Shown: piece by piece, positions 11,110-23,460 of the stretch
Position numbering within the stretch: position 1 is the first letter of the stretch
Layout: every line of letters starts with the position of its first letter
NCBI RefSeq assembly: GCF_964204645.1
Contig: NC_134025.1
Location: forward strand, 1,054,001 to 1,118,000
DNA length: 64,000 bases
DNA from: Tubulanus polymorphus
Taxonomy: Eukaryota; Animalia; Nemertea
Direction of reading: 5' to 3'
Notes under the pieces: generated by a model
What the model saw: only the letters and a program-made list of their open reading frames with translations
What the model was told of the DNA's origin: nothing
Databases searched by the model: none
Translations under genes and position numbers: made by a program

Positions 11110-14100
11110 ATGATTGATAATGAAGATGATGATTACATATCTGCTCCAAGTGATGCTGAACCCGAACTTGATGTAAGGTTAAGTCAATTTAGAAATCTGG
11201 TACTGACACTGAATAAAGACCTTCAGTTGATTTAATAATTTTTTATTTCCATCAGGATGAATTCAAACACGCTAAACTGTTAGATGCTATATCTTCACTT
11301 GACGGCAAAAAAAGGTTAGTTGTATTTGCAAATTATAAGAGGAGAGAGGGAGGATGGAAGAGGAGAGAGGGAGGATGGAAGAGGAGAGAGGGAGGATGGA
11401 AGAGGAGAGAGGGAGGAGGGAAGAGGAGAGAGGGAGGATGGAAGAGGAGAGAGGGAGGATGGAAGAGGGAAGAGGGAGGAGGGAAGAGGAGAGAGGAAGA
11501 AGGGAAGAGGAGAGAGGGAAGAGGAGAGAGGGAGGAGCAGAGAGGGATGAGAGCGAGGAAAAAGGGAAGAGAGGAGAGAGGGAGGAGGGAAGAGGAGAGG
11601 GGGAGGATGGAAGAGAAGAGAGGGAGGAGGGAAGAGGAAAGAGGGAGGAGGGAAGAGGAGAGAGGGAGGATGGAAGAGGAGAGGGGGAGGATGGAAGAGA
11701 AGAGAGGGAGGAGGGAAGAGGAAAGAGGGAGGAGGGAAGAGGAGAGAGTGAGGATGGAAGAGGAGAGAGGGAGGATGGAAGAGGAGAGGAGGATGGAAGA
11801 GGAGAGGAGGATGGAAGAGGAGAGAGGGAGAAGGGAAGAGGAGAGAGGGAGGATGGAAGAGGAAAAAGGGAGGATGGAAGAGAGGAGAGGAGGATGGAAG
11901 AGGAGAAGGGAAGAGGAGAGAGGGAGGATGGAAGAGGAGAGAGGATGGAAGAGGAGAGAGGGAGGAGGGAAGGTACATGTTTATCACTGATTGATGATCT
12001 TACTGTTTCAGGGCAACTAAATTCCTGCGTAAAGAGGCAACAGATCAAGTATCTGAGTTTAACATTACATCATCCAATGATGGTAAGTAACGGGTAATTC
12101 ATTAATTATGTAGGCAATCATTGAGGTGAAATATTGAATACTTCTGTAAATAATGCTATGAATTGTGTTCATGGTGCATTCACGGAAAATCTGTGAACTG
12201 TCGCGTAGGTAATTCTCAGAATGGACCAATGAATATGAAGATATAATGATAAACATGCCATCTATTTTTAAGGCCTAAAACATTTTGATTTGTTGATTTC
12301 TAGTCAGTGGTAAAGTTAATGTTACTGATTTACTGTCGAAAATCAACACAAAAACTAAAAATAACAAGAAATTAAAGGAGAAATTGAAGAAATGTGTGCG
12401 TGACCCGACTGATAAAGTTTTACCAACACCATTACCTACTTATCAACAGGAAAAGGTAACATTTATTGTTTCTTAAAACATAGATGATATTTCTGAACTA
12501 CTGTTTTGATTTTGTTGCTGTAATTGCGTTCATTTCACCAGGGCCCATTTTCACAAGAAAGTTCGATTTCTTCATTTATCCAGTAACTGGACCCAGAGAG
12601 TGTTCAACTATAGGATGCCCATTCATAGGTTTGAACCCTGTACATATGATCAATCTGTTTATTATTGTTTATAGATTCGTAGATCTGTCGCTTATGAAAC
12701 TACTACAACAGAAGTTTCGAAATGGGATTCGGTCGTTCAAAAAAATCGAAAGGTAAAATGATATCATCGTTTGATGTGTTTTAGATGATGAATTTATACA
12801 TTATGTTACGACATATTTAGTGTTTCTATTTTAGGCCGATCAGCTTCAATTTCCACTCGGTGGTTCAGAGCTTCACGTTATTAATCAACAACCGACCAAC
12901 AAATTTGTTCAAAGATTTCAGGTAGAGTTCGATATACCGGTATATACGTGTAGTTTTTTAGTTGATTGTATTTACGTTAATTGGTTTAATTTCAGGCTCA
13001 AACTCCGCTAGAAAAAGAAATCGCTGCATTATTAGGTACAAGTTCGCATATAATACCCACAGATCATACTTTAACAAAAGCTGAAGAACGAGCTTTAAAA
13101 GCTATGAGTTTAGAAGAGGTTTGTCAATATTCTGATGTTTCGATTCTGTTTCGCGCATTTCCGTTATTTTTACGGATATTTGTCGATGTTTTAGGCTCGA
13201 ATGAGAAGAGCTGAATTACAGAAATACCGAGCATTGTTGTCATACAAAGAAGCGAAGGCTCGAAGACAAAATAAAATCAAGAGCAAATCGTAAGTTTAGT
13301 TCGGATGAAGATTTGAACTGAAATTTGCTGGGAATTTGTTCCATGTTCGATTCAATTGTTTTCAGTTATCACAAAGTTTTGCGTAAAGAAAAACAAAAGA
13401 ATGAATTGAATTCGATGGAGGAATTGAAGAGGATCGATCCGGAAAGTTTTAATGAGAAAATCAGACAAATAGAACGTATTAGAATACAGGTCAGTGACAG
13501 TTACTCGAACCCTCCGACCCCATTCTTTACTCCAGACCTCCGACCCCATTCTTTACTCCAGCCCTCCGACCCCATTCTTTACTCCAGTCCTCCGACCACA
13601 TTCTTTACTCCAGCCCTCCGACCCCATTCTTTACTCCAGCCCTCTGACCCCATTCTTTACTCAAGCCCTCCGACCCCATTCTTTACTCCAGTCCTCCGAC
13701 CCCATTCTTTACTCAAGCCCTCCGACCCCATTCTTTACTCCAGCCCTCCGACCCCATTCTTTACTCCAGCCCTCCGACCCCATTCTTTACTCCAGTCCTC
13801 CGACCCCATTCTTTACTCCAGTCCTCCGACCCCATTCTTTAATCCAGCCCTCCGACCCCATTCTTTACTCCAGTCCTCAGACCCCATTCTTTACTCCAGT
13901 CCTCCGACCCCATTCTTTACTCCAGCCCTCCGACCCCATTCTTTACTCCAGTCCTCCGACCACATTCTTTACTCCAGCCCTCTAACCCCATTCTTTACTC
14001 CAGCCCTCTGACCCCATTCTTTACTCAAGCCCTCCGACCCCATTCTTTACTCCAGTCCTCCGACCCCATTCTTTACTCAAGCCCTCCGACCCCATTCTTT

Positions 14101-15194
14101 ACTCCAGCCCTCCGACCCCATTCTTTACTCCAGTCCTCCGACCCCATTCTTTAATCCAGCCCTCCGACCCCATTCTTTACTCCAGTCCTCAGACCCCATT
14201 CTTTACTCAAGTCCTCCGACCCCATTCTTTAATCCAGCCCTCCGACCCCAGTCTTTACTCCAGTCCTCCGACCCCATTCTTTACTCCAGCCCTCCGACCA
14301 CATTCTTTACTCAAGCCCTCCGACCCCATTTTTTACTCCAGTCCTCCGACCCCATTCTTTACTCCAGTCCTCCGACCCCATTCTTTGCTCAAGCCCTCCG
14401 ACCCCATTCTTTACTCCAGTCCTCCAACCCCATTCTTTACTCCAGCCCTCTGACCCCAGTCTTTACTCCAGTCCTCCGACCCCATTCTTTACTCCAGTCC
14501 TCCGACCCCATTCTTTACTCCAGTCCTCACCCCTTGTTGTACCGTGAGTAATGTTCACTATGTCTTGAATTTCAGGAACGAATGAGTTTGAAACATAAAG
14601 GTGGCAGTAAATTTTCCCGTCAACAGAAAATCCATGCTAAATATGACAAAGAAGTAAGTATTACTTTACATGTAGAACTCTGTTATTGATACATGATGAT
14701 AAACTCAGATTTATTGATTTATCAGTCATCACAAACCTAAAATTACATCCCAAATACTAATAATTTCATACTGGGTGTAACAAACATTTTCTGGTAGCCT
14801 ACTCTGAAGTTTGTTTTAACAAGCTTCTTCCACGTTGTATTTAAATACGGTATATTACTAGAATGAGTTGATTGATTGACTGATTGTGTTTTAGGCTCAA
14901 CAGTCAGTTCAGGACATGCATCAAAAACACCAACAACTCACACAGAAAGTAGCGGCAATAGAATCATCAGAATCTGAGGACGATGATGAGAAGAATGATA
15001 AAACAGAGGAAACGAATACCGATCAACGGAATCAGTATAATCCATGGATCGGATCAAACATCGACGTGAAAAACCCGTGGATGAACACGGTCAAAATCAA
15101 AAAGGTTTCAGACTACAGTCGACCAGCTGAAATAAGGAATACTGAGATTATTGAAGATATTTTACATTCCGCATCAGAGGATGAGCAAGAGGTT

Positions 15195-15227
<33 letters not shown>

Positions 15228-16776
15228 GATAAGAGACAAACAGTTGAAACTGATATTGAGAAACTGGATTCAGTAAAACCTGCGAAAAAAAGAAAATCCA
15301 TCGATCAGAAAAATAAAGAAGAACCAGAGGTTAAAAAGAGTAAAACTAACGGCGAGAAGAAACCTGTGAAACAACAACAGCAGAAACAAAGCAACAATTC
15401 TACGAAAAAAAATAAAATCAAAAAATCAATCAGAAATAAATTGAAAGAGACCGACGATATCGATGAGATGTTTGATGTGCTCGATAATCTCGGAGAACAG
15501 GCTGCTGAAATAAACAAAGAGAAGAGGAAGAGCCGCCAGGTGAAGAGGAAAGAAAGGATTCCGGCGATGAGAAAGAATGATGAAGAAAGACATCGAGAAT
15601 ATTTAGACGTCGACGAAACGGAAGAGAAAGAGACGGAAGAATCTACGACTCACAGACGAACTTTAGAGGATTTAGATCTGGACAATTGGTCTGATAACGA
15701 GGAGTTGACGTTGTCTAACGTCGCTCGAGTTTTAGAATCAGAAAAGAATCCGAAACCATCGCAGCAGGAATCGACGACGATTCATACAACGGAGGAAGCG
15801 AAAATAGATCCGAAACAGATTCTAACGATGAAAACTTATCTCCGCGGTAACAGTGACGGTAAATTCGTATCAGATGATGAGGAGGAGGCAGAGGAGAACG
15901 GAGAGGAGGAAAAACAGAAGATGACAATCGCTGAAGCGTTCGCCGATGATGACATCCTGGATGAGTTCGAATCGGAGAAGAGAGAAGAAGAAGACGCGGA
16001 CAAACCTAAAGATATTGATTTATCGTTACCGGGATGGGGTGTGTGGGGCGGGGAAGGGGTCCGTCCTGTGTCAAATAGGAGAAAAAACAGGTAAATTTAA
16101 AACACTTCGACTAAGTTTTACGACAAAGATAAACTCGAATGTTTTTGGTTTAATTGCTATTGATTAGTTCTCCGTGTTTACAATGAAGACGACTCAAAGT
16201 TGAACACTTGATTCTTCGTGATGATGAAATTCTCTCAGTTCTCGTTATTGTTACGGATATTTTTAGATTCGTAATCAAAGCAGCTCCAACCGCGCCGCGT
16301 AAAGATAGAAACCTCGGAAATGTGATTATCTGCGAGAGGAAGGATAAAACAATTCAAAAACATCAGGTAAAAATCAGTGATACAGTCATATACGGTTTCT
16401 TAAAATTGTGCTCATTTCCACCTCCCCTCATTTACGTAATTTCAAGCATCTATTTTGATATTTGTAGGTGAGTAGTTTACCTCATCCGTTCAGCAGTGTG
16501 TCGCAATATGAAAGCACGATTCAAGCTCCGCTCGGAAACACGTGGAACACGGCAACATCGTTTAAACAATTAACTAAACCTAAAGTCGTCACACGTCTCG
16601 GCACGATTATTGAACCGATGGATCAGTCGCAGAAACTCACCGACGCTCGTAAAACAGCGGGTGATTTACCGGAAACGTCTAAACCATCTCAACAACAACA
16701 AACTGTTCATAAAAATACCGTGAAAATGCCTTTAAAATCGAATAAATTTAAAAATCGATTCAGAAACAAAAGATGA
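11110..16776 (+). CDS. UTP14: U3 snoRNA-associated protein 14 homolog (multi-exon)
   Basis: KHAKLLDAISSLDGKK, KIKSK..YHKVLRK, ERMSLKH, IAEAFADDDI, LSLPGWGVWGGEG, PLGNTWN motifs across GT-AG exons. Confidence 0.93.
11338..11972 (+). repeat. Purine-rich 21-bp minisatellite (GAGGAGAGAGGGAGGATGGAA), UTP14 intron 2
   Basis: About 30 tandem units, almost no pyrimidines. Confidence 0.95.
13510..14528 (+). repeat. 26-bp minisatellite (YCCTCCGACCCCATTCTTTACTCCAG), UTP14 intron
   Basis: About 39 tandem units. Confidence 0.95.
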
Positions 16777-16872
16777 ATATTGACTGTATTAGAGATGTTT
16801 AAAACGCTGAATGAGTTCAGATGAATAAATACAAAATACGTCTACAGATATTTAGAAGACTCTTCACTTGTT

Positions 16873-17235
16873 TTATTGTGAGGTCAGAAATAATGCACTA
16901 GACCCAGTTCCCTCAGCAGAGCCTTTATTTATCCTCTGATATTGTGAGGTGAGGAATAATGCACTAGACCCAGTTCCCTCAGCAGAGCCTTTATTTATCC
17001 TCTGATGTTGTGATAGCAAGAGTCAACCTTATTGGACCCAGTTCCCTCAGCAGAGCCTTTATTTATCCTCTGAAGTTGTGATAGCAAGAGTCGACCTTAT
17101 TGGACCCAGTTCCCTCGGCAGAGCCTTTATTTATCCTCTCTGATGTTGTGATAGCAGGAGTCAACCTTTCAGACCCAGTTACCTCAGCAGAGCTTTTATT
17201 TTCCTCTGATGTGATGGCAGGAGTCAACCTCTAGG
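16873..17235. repeat. ~60-bp tandem repeat between the UTP14 and ACTR6 3' ends
   Basis: gacccagttccctcagcagagcctttatttatcctctga repeated 5 times plus partial units. Confidence 0.9.
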
Positions 17236-17484
17236 AAACGTGTCCTCTTTATTAGTGATATCCTTGGATTTTATATATTTCATAAGTGAGGATTAGTACA
17301 TTGGTAAAATGTTTTGAGGTGGCTACAAATGTTTACTGTCATACACTCAATACCTTCAAATATATAAGTTTTCTTATAAAACAATTCATTTATTAAATGC
17401 ATGATTACCACAAAAATATAATAACGAGAGATTTGAAGAATAAAAGCCTTCAATTCACTAAGTGGATATAAGTACAGTAGATTA

Positions 17485-20108
17485 TCACACATCAAATCTC
17501 TCCTCACAAATATTCGGTCCATGTTCTTCGTACTGTTCTCGTGTTACGCATAATTTCTTAAAATCGGGGGTTTGGGCTAACTGAGCGCCGCCATGCCACG
17601 AGTATGTGATAGGGCTGAAAATACACACATAGAAATACATCAGAACCTACAGATCTTAATTCTGAATTACAGGACGAAACTCATTGAACGATGAAACACT
17701 TACTCATCTGGTAATCTGATATTGATATCGTAATCAGCTGGTGCCATACTTCTTACATCCTTTAAACTGAAATACATTCACATTGTCAAATCAAACTAAT
17801 CTACATTGCGAGATTTGAGGCAAATTCAGATCGTCTATAAGTGGACTTACATTCTATCTTTGAACCCAGGTAATAAACAATTACCACCGGTGAGTAATAT
17901 ATCACCGTAGAAATGAGGACGCATCTCTGTAAAACAGAATAATCAAACTAACAACAGTTAACATCACAACAATCAAACTACAGGGCCCGGTTCCATAGTC
18001 AAGACTTAAGACCAAAAGTTAAGACTGGTCTTAAGTTGTCAGATTGGCCATAGAACTAAGTTTGTCTTAGACCGGTCTTAAGTCTAAGCCCTGTCTATGG
18101 AACCAGCCCTCCAGTAGACCATCAACTCTCATTACCTGTTGGTGTAGCATTAATAGATTCAACAATAGCTTCCGGTATTCCCGTTTCCTGGATACCAACA
18201 TCAGACGGATGAAACAATAATTCAGGAATCGCGAATCGTTCGTTATTCAAACGTATTATCTGAAAAATATTCGGCAAACAGTTAATAGATTTACTAGAGA
18301 CTATTTTCAGCTCCTCGCGCTGTGGTCTCCGGCAGTACCTGTTCCGACCCTGCAGCTTTACCAGTTGATTCTTCAGCTGATCTCATATAACCACGTTTTA
18401 TATGCGTATAATCTGGTAATATATAATCTCTAACTACAGTATTTTCAGGCCATCTCTTCCTGTAAATACGTGAAAACAATTTCTATATCATTTTACAAAT
18501 CTTCTATACATCGTATGGCAAATGAAGATTTCGTTGCTTACTTTGCGATGTTCATATCGTGATAGAAATCCTGAGACACGTAACAAACGTCTTCTTTACA
18601 TTGATTCATTACATGAGTTTCATCCATTACCATCAACTGTCTATAGATAATTCAACTCTCAACTAAAGCACCCAATACTAACTAAGATCTGAGTTCAAAT
18701 ATGGCTCATGAGTTAAAATTACCATAGTTCATTTTCCAGGATACAGTTCCACAGTTCTGAGTTCCCAGAGTAATAAGAATCAATCTGATAAATGAGTGTA
18801 AATGAGTGAAGAATTGTAGAATTCTTTCCAGAACTGCAGAACTGGCTCCTGTTGTAATCAATTTATATCTACCTGTATGATATCACTTCTTTCAAGTGAT
18901 TCGTTAATATTTTTCCACCAATAGTCAACCTAAAAATATCATCAGAAGCTTCAGTATATGAACTGTAAAAGGAATTACCATTCAGATTAAAACTCAAATG
19001 GAAACTAACCTTCTGATTGGTCCTTTTACTTTCTTGCCGTTATAATAAGGAACAACGTGAGTAAATGAGAATCCTGTATCTACTATTAATGTGCACTTGT
19101 GTTTCTTATTTGATGTTTTATTGTGTCGATATTGACTCAAATATCCAGCTACAAAACATTAAAACATCTCTTATTCGACGCCCTTCCGGTGTAATTCATT
19201 TTCAATGATTAAATAAAAACTAAGAATGTTTCCCCTTAAATACTGCAGTTAAGACCTATCTTCATCCCTTTACAGTTCTATGTTTTTTTTTCCTGAATAA
19301 GGGGAGAGGGACGAGAGAAAACTTTCTAAGAATCTCTGTCACTGCCAAGACTAGAACCCATCACCGCAGGTAAAACTGTTTTGTTTTTACTGACCGTTTG
19401 TTCGGTAAATTGAAGCAAATTGATATTCTTCAAACAGCACTTCATTCATCGCTTCTTGAACCGATAAGAAATTAAAGAACGGTTCAGTAACGAGGGCCGT
19501 AGTTTCTTCAAAATTTACCTGAAAAAAATCATTCAATCATAAATAAATAAATACAAGACTCAAAATACAAACAACCTTGAAGAATGACAGCACAAACCTT
19601 AAAACAGTCTTTACCAAATACATGATCCCAAACTTGCTTCTCAACTTCCCAATTGGTTAAATATCCCTGGAAATTAAAGATATTTCATTTCAAGGAATCA
19701 TCATCATTTCTGAAGTGAAACTCTTGATGGGTCAGTGTCTACTCATTGTATTATTGTTAATACCTTCTGAAACGCCAGTAAGTAATATAAACCAGACATA
19801 TCTTTACAATCATCAATTTGACTTCCGGTAAAAACTCGAGTTCGGACATTTTTTGCTTTAATCACGCAATTAGGTATAATTCTGAAATAGAAGAATGAAA
19901 TGACATCATCGATTTTGTTGTGTGGGCAAATGTCGAAGAACTCTCACGAGATTTAGAAGTCTAAAAATGAGGCATATCGTCACAGGCTGAATGTTAAATC
20001 GAGCACATTGCTAATTCTAAATTGATTCTTTGCTTACCTCGGTTCATTATCAGTGGCATAACCAACTTTAGCCGTCCACGCGCCGTTATCTAACACTAAA
20101 ACCGGCAT
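17485..20108 (-). CDS. ACTR6: Actin-related protein 6 (about 11 exons)
   Basis: MPVLVLDNGAWTAKVGY start, GYLTNWEVEKQVWD, DYILPDYTHIKRG, NERFAIPELLFHPSDVG, C-terminal YEEHGPNICEERFDV. Confidence 0.93.
17984..18109. mobile_element. Harbinger-like MITE family B
   Basis: ggcccggttccatag..ctatggaaccagcc; interior similar to 1460-1632 in reverse; further diverged copy at about 41980-42190. Confidence 0.65.
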
Positions 20109-20312
20109 TTTATACAATAAATCGCCAATAAATCTTTATTTATTTTCTGCAATTGCTCAACGACCTTGGACACAGCTATTACTCGCTTCCCTACGCAAGA
20201 CTCAGTGGAGGGCTCCGATTACTCGCGCCTCTGCGCTTGTTTATCAATTCAATTCAGTTTATCAAAACCGGTCGGCGAAGGCGGCGGGCAGCGGGTCGTC
20301 GTTAGAGTGAAT
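20109..20312. promoter_or_regulatory. Probable bidirectional promoter ACTR6/sulfatase
   Basis: Divergent ATGs about 205 bp apart; locally GC/CpG-enriched. Confidence 0.6.
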
Positions 20313-22786
20313 ATGATGTATCGGTTCATCGTTTTATGTTTGGCGCTTTATTTTAGCTTCATTGAAGCTGAAAATGTAACTGACAACCGTCCGAATATAC
20401 TGGTAATACTGGTGGATGATATGGGTATCGGCGATTTAAGCTGTTACGGAAATTCACTGATTAAAACACCGAATATCGACAGTTTAGCTAAAGAAGGAAT
20501 CAAGTTCAATCGCATGTATTCACAACCCGTTTGTACTCCGAGTAGAGCTGCATTACTGACAGGTAATTACGCATATATTTATTTATTTATTTATTTATAT
20601 CATATCATATTAGGAAATTATGTACGAAATAGTATCGTCGTGAAGATAGATTGGGCCTTTGAAATTTTGTGTGGTAGTCACTCATTGTATAGACTAATGC
20701 AACGGGCGAAATTTCAGCTAATCAGTAAGCAGGAATTCTGATAATAAACCCACTGCATCAAAGCCGCTATACTGTACAGTGCTGTTTTACATTATGCAGT
20801 CACAATATCCCAGTTAGTAGATCGGGTAATTGCACCCGATGAGTCATCAGTTGGAATACTGCGCTTAGCTCCGTAGATATTTTTTGTTCACTTCCAATAG
20901 TGCCCGGTCTCCACGTGTTCAGGTCATCAAGCTCGTGGTCTCCACAGGCATGGACACATAGATTTTAAATGACCCGACTAAATTCCATTAACTAAATTCC
21001 ATTGCTATTGTCAATTGTTTGAAGTCAATTGTTAAGGATCCGGCAGCCGTGGGTTTCCACACGGGTATTACTCTAAAATTAGAAATTACTTGAAGATGGC
21101 ACCGCGGACCCCAGCTTGAGGAGTCTGACTAAATTGCCAGTTTATATGTTCGAATTGTGGCCGTTGTTAAAAACTTGCTATAAAAATTTAACCAAAAATG
21201 TTTAGTTTTTTCACTTATTGATGAAACTCGACCCAGGCGGCGCAGCCCTTCTCCCAAAAAAATCAGGCTGCATAAAAAGTTAGATACTATGTATATGTTG
21301 TTTTTCATTATTTTTAGGTCGTTTACCAGTCAGAAATGGTTTTATACAAGGATCCCGTGAACTGCCTGTAATAGTCAGCCCGAGTCAGGAAGCCGGATTT
21401 CAGAAAGATGAATTCACTATGCAGCGCTTCCTCAAACAGCACGGCTATACGACCTCACTGATCGGAAAGTGGCACCTCGGGATGGGGGGCGATGGATCTT
21501 ATCTACCGACGAATCGCGGATTTGATTCGTTTATCGGAGTTCCGATGGTTCATATTGAACCGTGTAGTAGTTACGTCAAAATGAACGTCAACATTTTCTT
21601 CGGGATAGCAGTGAATAAATATAAATGGGTGATATCAGCATTTTATTTATTCATTCTCAGTTTGAGAGTTTTTGATGTTATTGGTCGTAGAGGTTTATTC
21701 GGTGTTATGATTTTGACGGCTCTCGTGGTTGGTATCGTTCAGTTATTCATGCACGCCTCGGCCGCGAATCCCGCCGCTTGTTTATACATGAGAGACGAGC
21801 AGATACTCGAACAGCCTTATAAAGACGTCAATATGACTTTACGTATGACCGCGGAAGTTTTGAAAACTATTGAAAACCATTCCGCATCTGAAGAGCCAAT
21901 GTTTCTTCATATAAACTACCTAACCCCGCACTACCCGGCGTTAGTTTCTCATAAGTTCAACGGTAGTTCAGGATTAGGACCTTATTATGATTCGATATTA
22001 GAACTCGATTGGAGCATCGGACTCATCTTAAAATCTTTAGAGAAACATCATATGAAAAATAATTTCATTTATTTCGCGTCTGATAATGGACCTGCGCCGC
22101 TTACAGGTTTCTCGCGTGAAATTTTAGAACCCGAACATTTGGGTTCAACTGTGTATAAAGACGAGAAGGGTAAAGCTCATAGATTAAGAGGTTGGAAAGG
22201 TTCTAACTATGAGGGGGGTATTCGAATGCCTGGTTTGATTCAATGGAAGGGAACCTTAACGAACCCAGGACGTATTGTTAACAGTATTACTTCTCAAATG
22301 GATGTTTTTCCTACGTTGGTAGAAATATTAAACGCAGACGGTAAAACTCATCCCGAAATGGATGGCGAATCTTTACTTCCGATTATAAAATCAACCGATA
22401 TAAAACAAACAACAGATGATAGAATAGTATTTCATTATTGTAGTGTGAATATTCTCGGTGCGGTTTCTTACGATCGTTATAAATTACACTTCGCTAATTC
22501 GACCGGTAATTATACCTGTTCGGGTAACGTATTTAAACAACCTGTATTATACGATGTATTATCTGACCCCTCTGAATCGATCGAACTTCCCCTCGCTGAT
22601 AATCGACAATTACTTCTAGATATCTATAAATTAATCGAACGACATGAGAAAACATTACCACCTATTGGTGAACGAGTATCTCAACTCGATACGTTGCTAA
22701 ATCCTCTCAAATTTCCGTGTTCTAACTTTCCCTATTGTACAATGGAAAGTAAAGTAATTGATGATTTTTCTAATCTTCGACTTTGA
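20313..22786 (+). CDS. Steroid sulfatase/arylsulfatase (STS/ARSD-like), 2 exons: 20313-20562, 21318-22786
   Basis: Signal peptide; [13 protein letters not shown]; formylglycine motif [11 protein letters not shown]; GKWHLG; two membrane helices typical of the STS subfamily; SDNG; EGGIRMP. Confidence 0.92.
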
Positions 22787-23460
22787 GGAAAGAAATTGTA
22801 TTTTTTGTGATAATTTGTATGGAGTGATATTGCACAGTCAACAAATATCAGTTACTTTTTGTTTGTAACACATTTAATATGTGTTCATGATTGCCTGTGA
22901 TTTTGTAATTGATCAATTCATGCATCTTGATAGATGAAATTTCTAATGTTTGTTAACGTTTGCACAGTTTAAAATCAAATAAAATCCTAATATATATGTA
23001 AATGTAGTTATATATTCAAGTATGTTGTTGTTATGGCCAGTGTCATTGGTAGTCAGTATCATTATCAGTGAACAGGTTTTTGGTCATCTGGTGAATTATC
23101 GAGAACTCGGTATTTGGACACAAACCACTTCAATCTTCAGTAAGAGATAAAGCTCTACCGAACATTGAACCTCGAAACACTATACAGAATGAAGTTCTAA
23201 CAACGCAAACAAATATTTACTGAATCAAAGTCCAATCTGAAAGGTGAAGGATCAGTTCTTATGTAACGTCATTTGAGGACCTCTCTCCATTTCTAAGCAT
23301 CCGTGAAATCAGATCAGAGCAATAAATCTACATTCTTACTTATAAATGAACATATTTTATTTGATAAACATCATATGGCGGCAGTATTTACAAAGTTTTA
23401 CATCATATTTGAAAAGCTAAATTGTATTTATCACAACAATAAGATGTGGAATTTGATTGT

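Noticed and set aside
11287-12097. Several long low-complexity ORFs (PSSL/EERGR)
   Set aside because: Translations of the intronic purine minisatellite.
13325-14011. Repetitive 228-aa and 163-aa ORFs
   Set aside because: Read-through of a UTP14 exon into the 26-bp minisatellite; donor at 13490.
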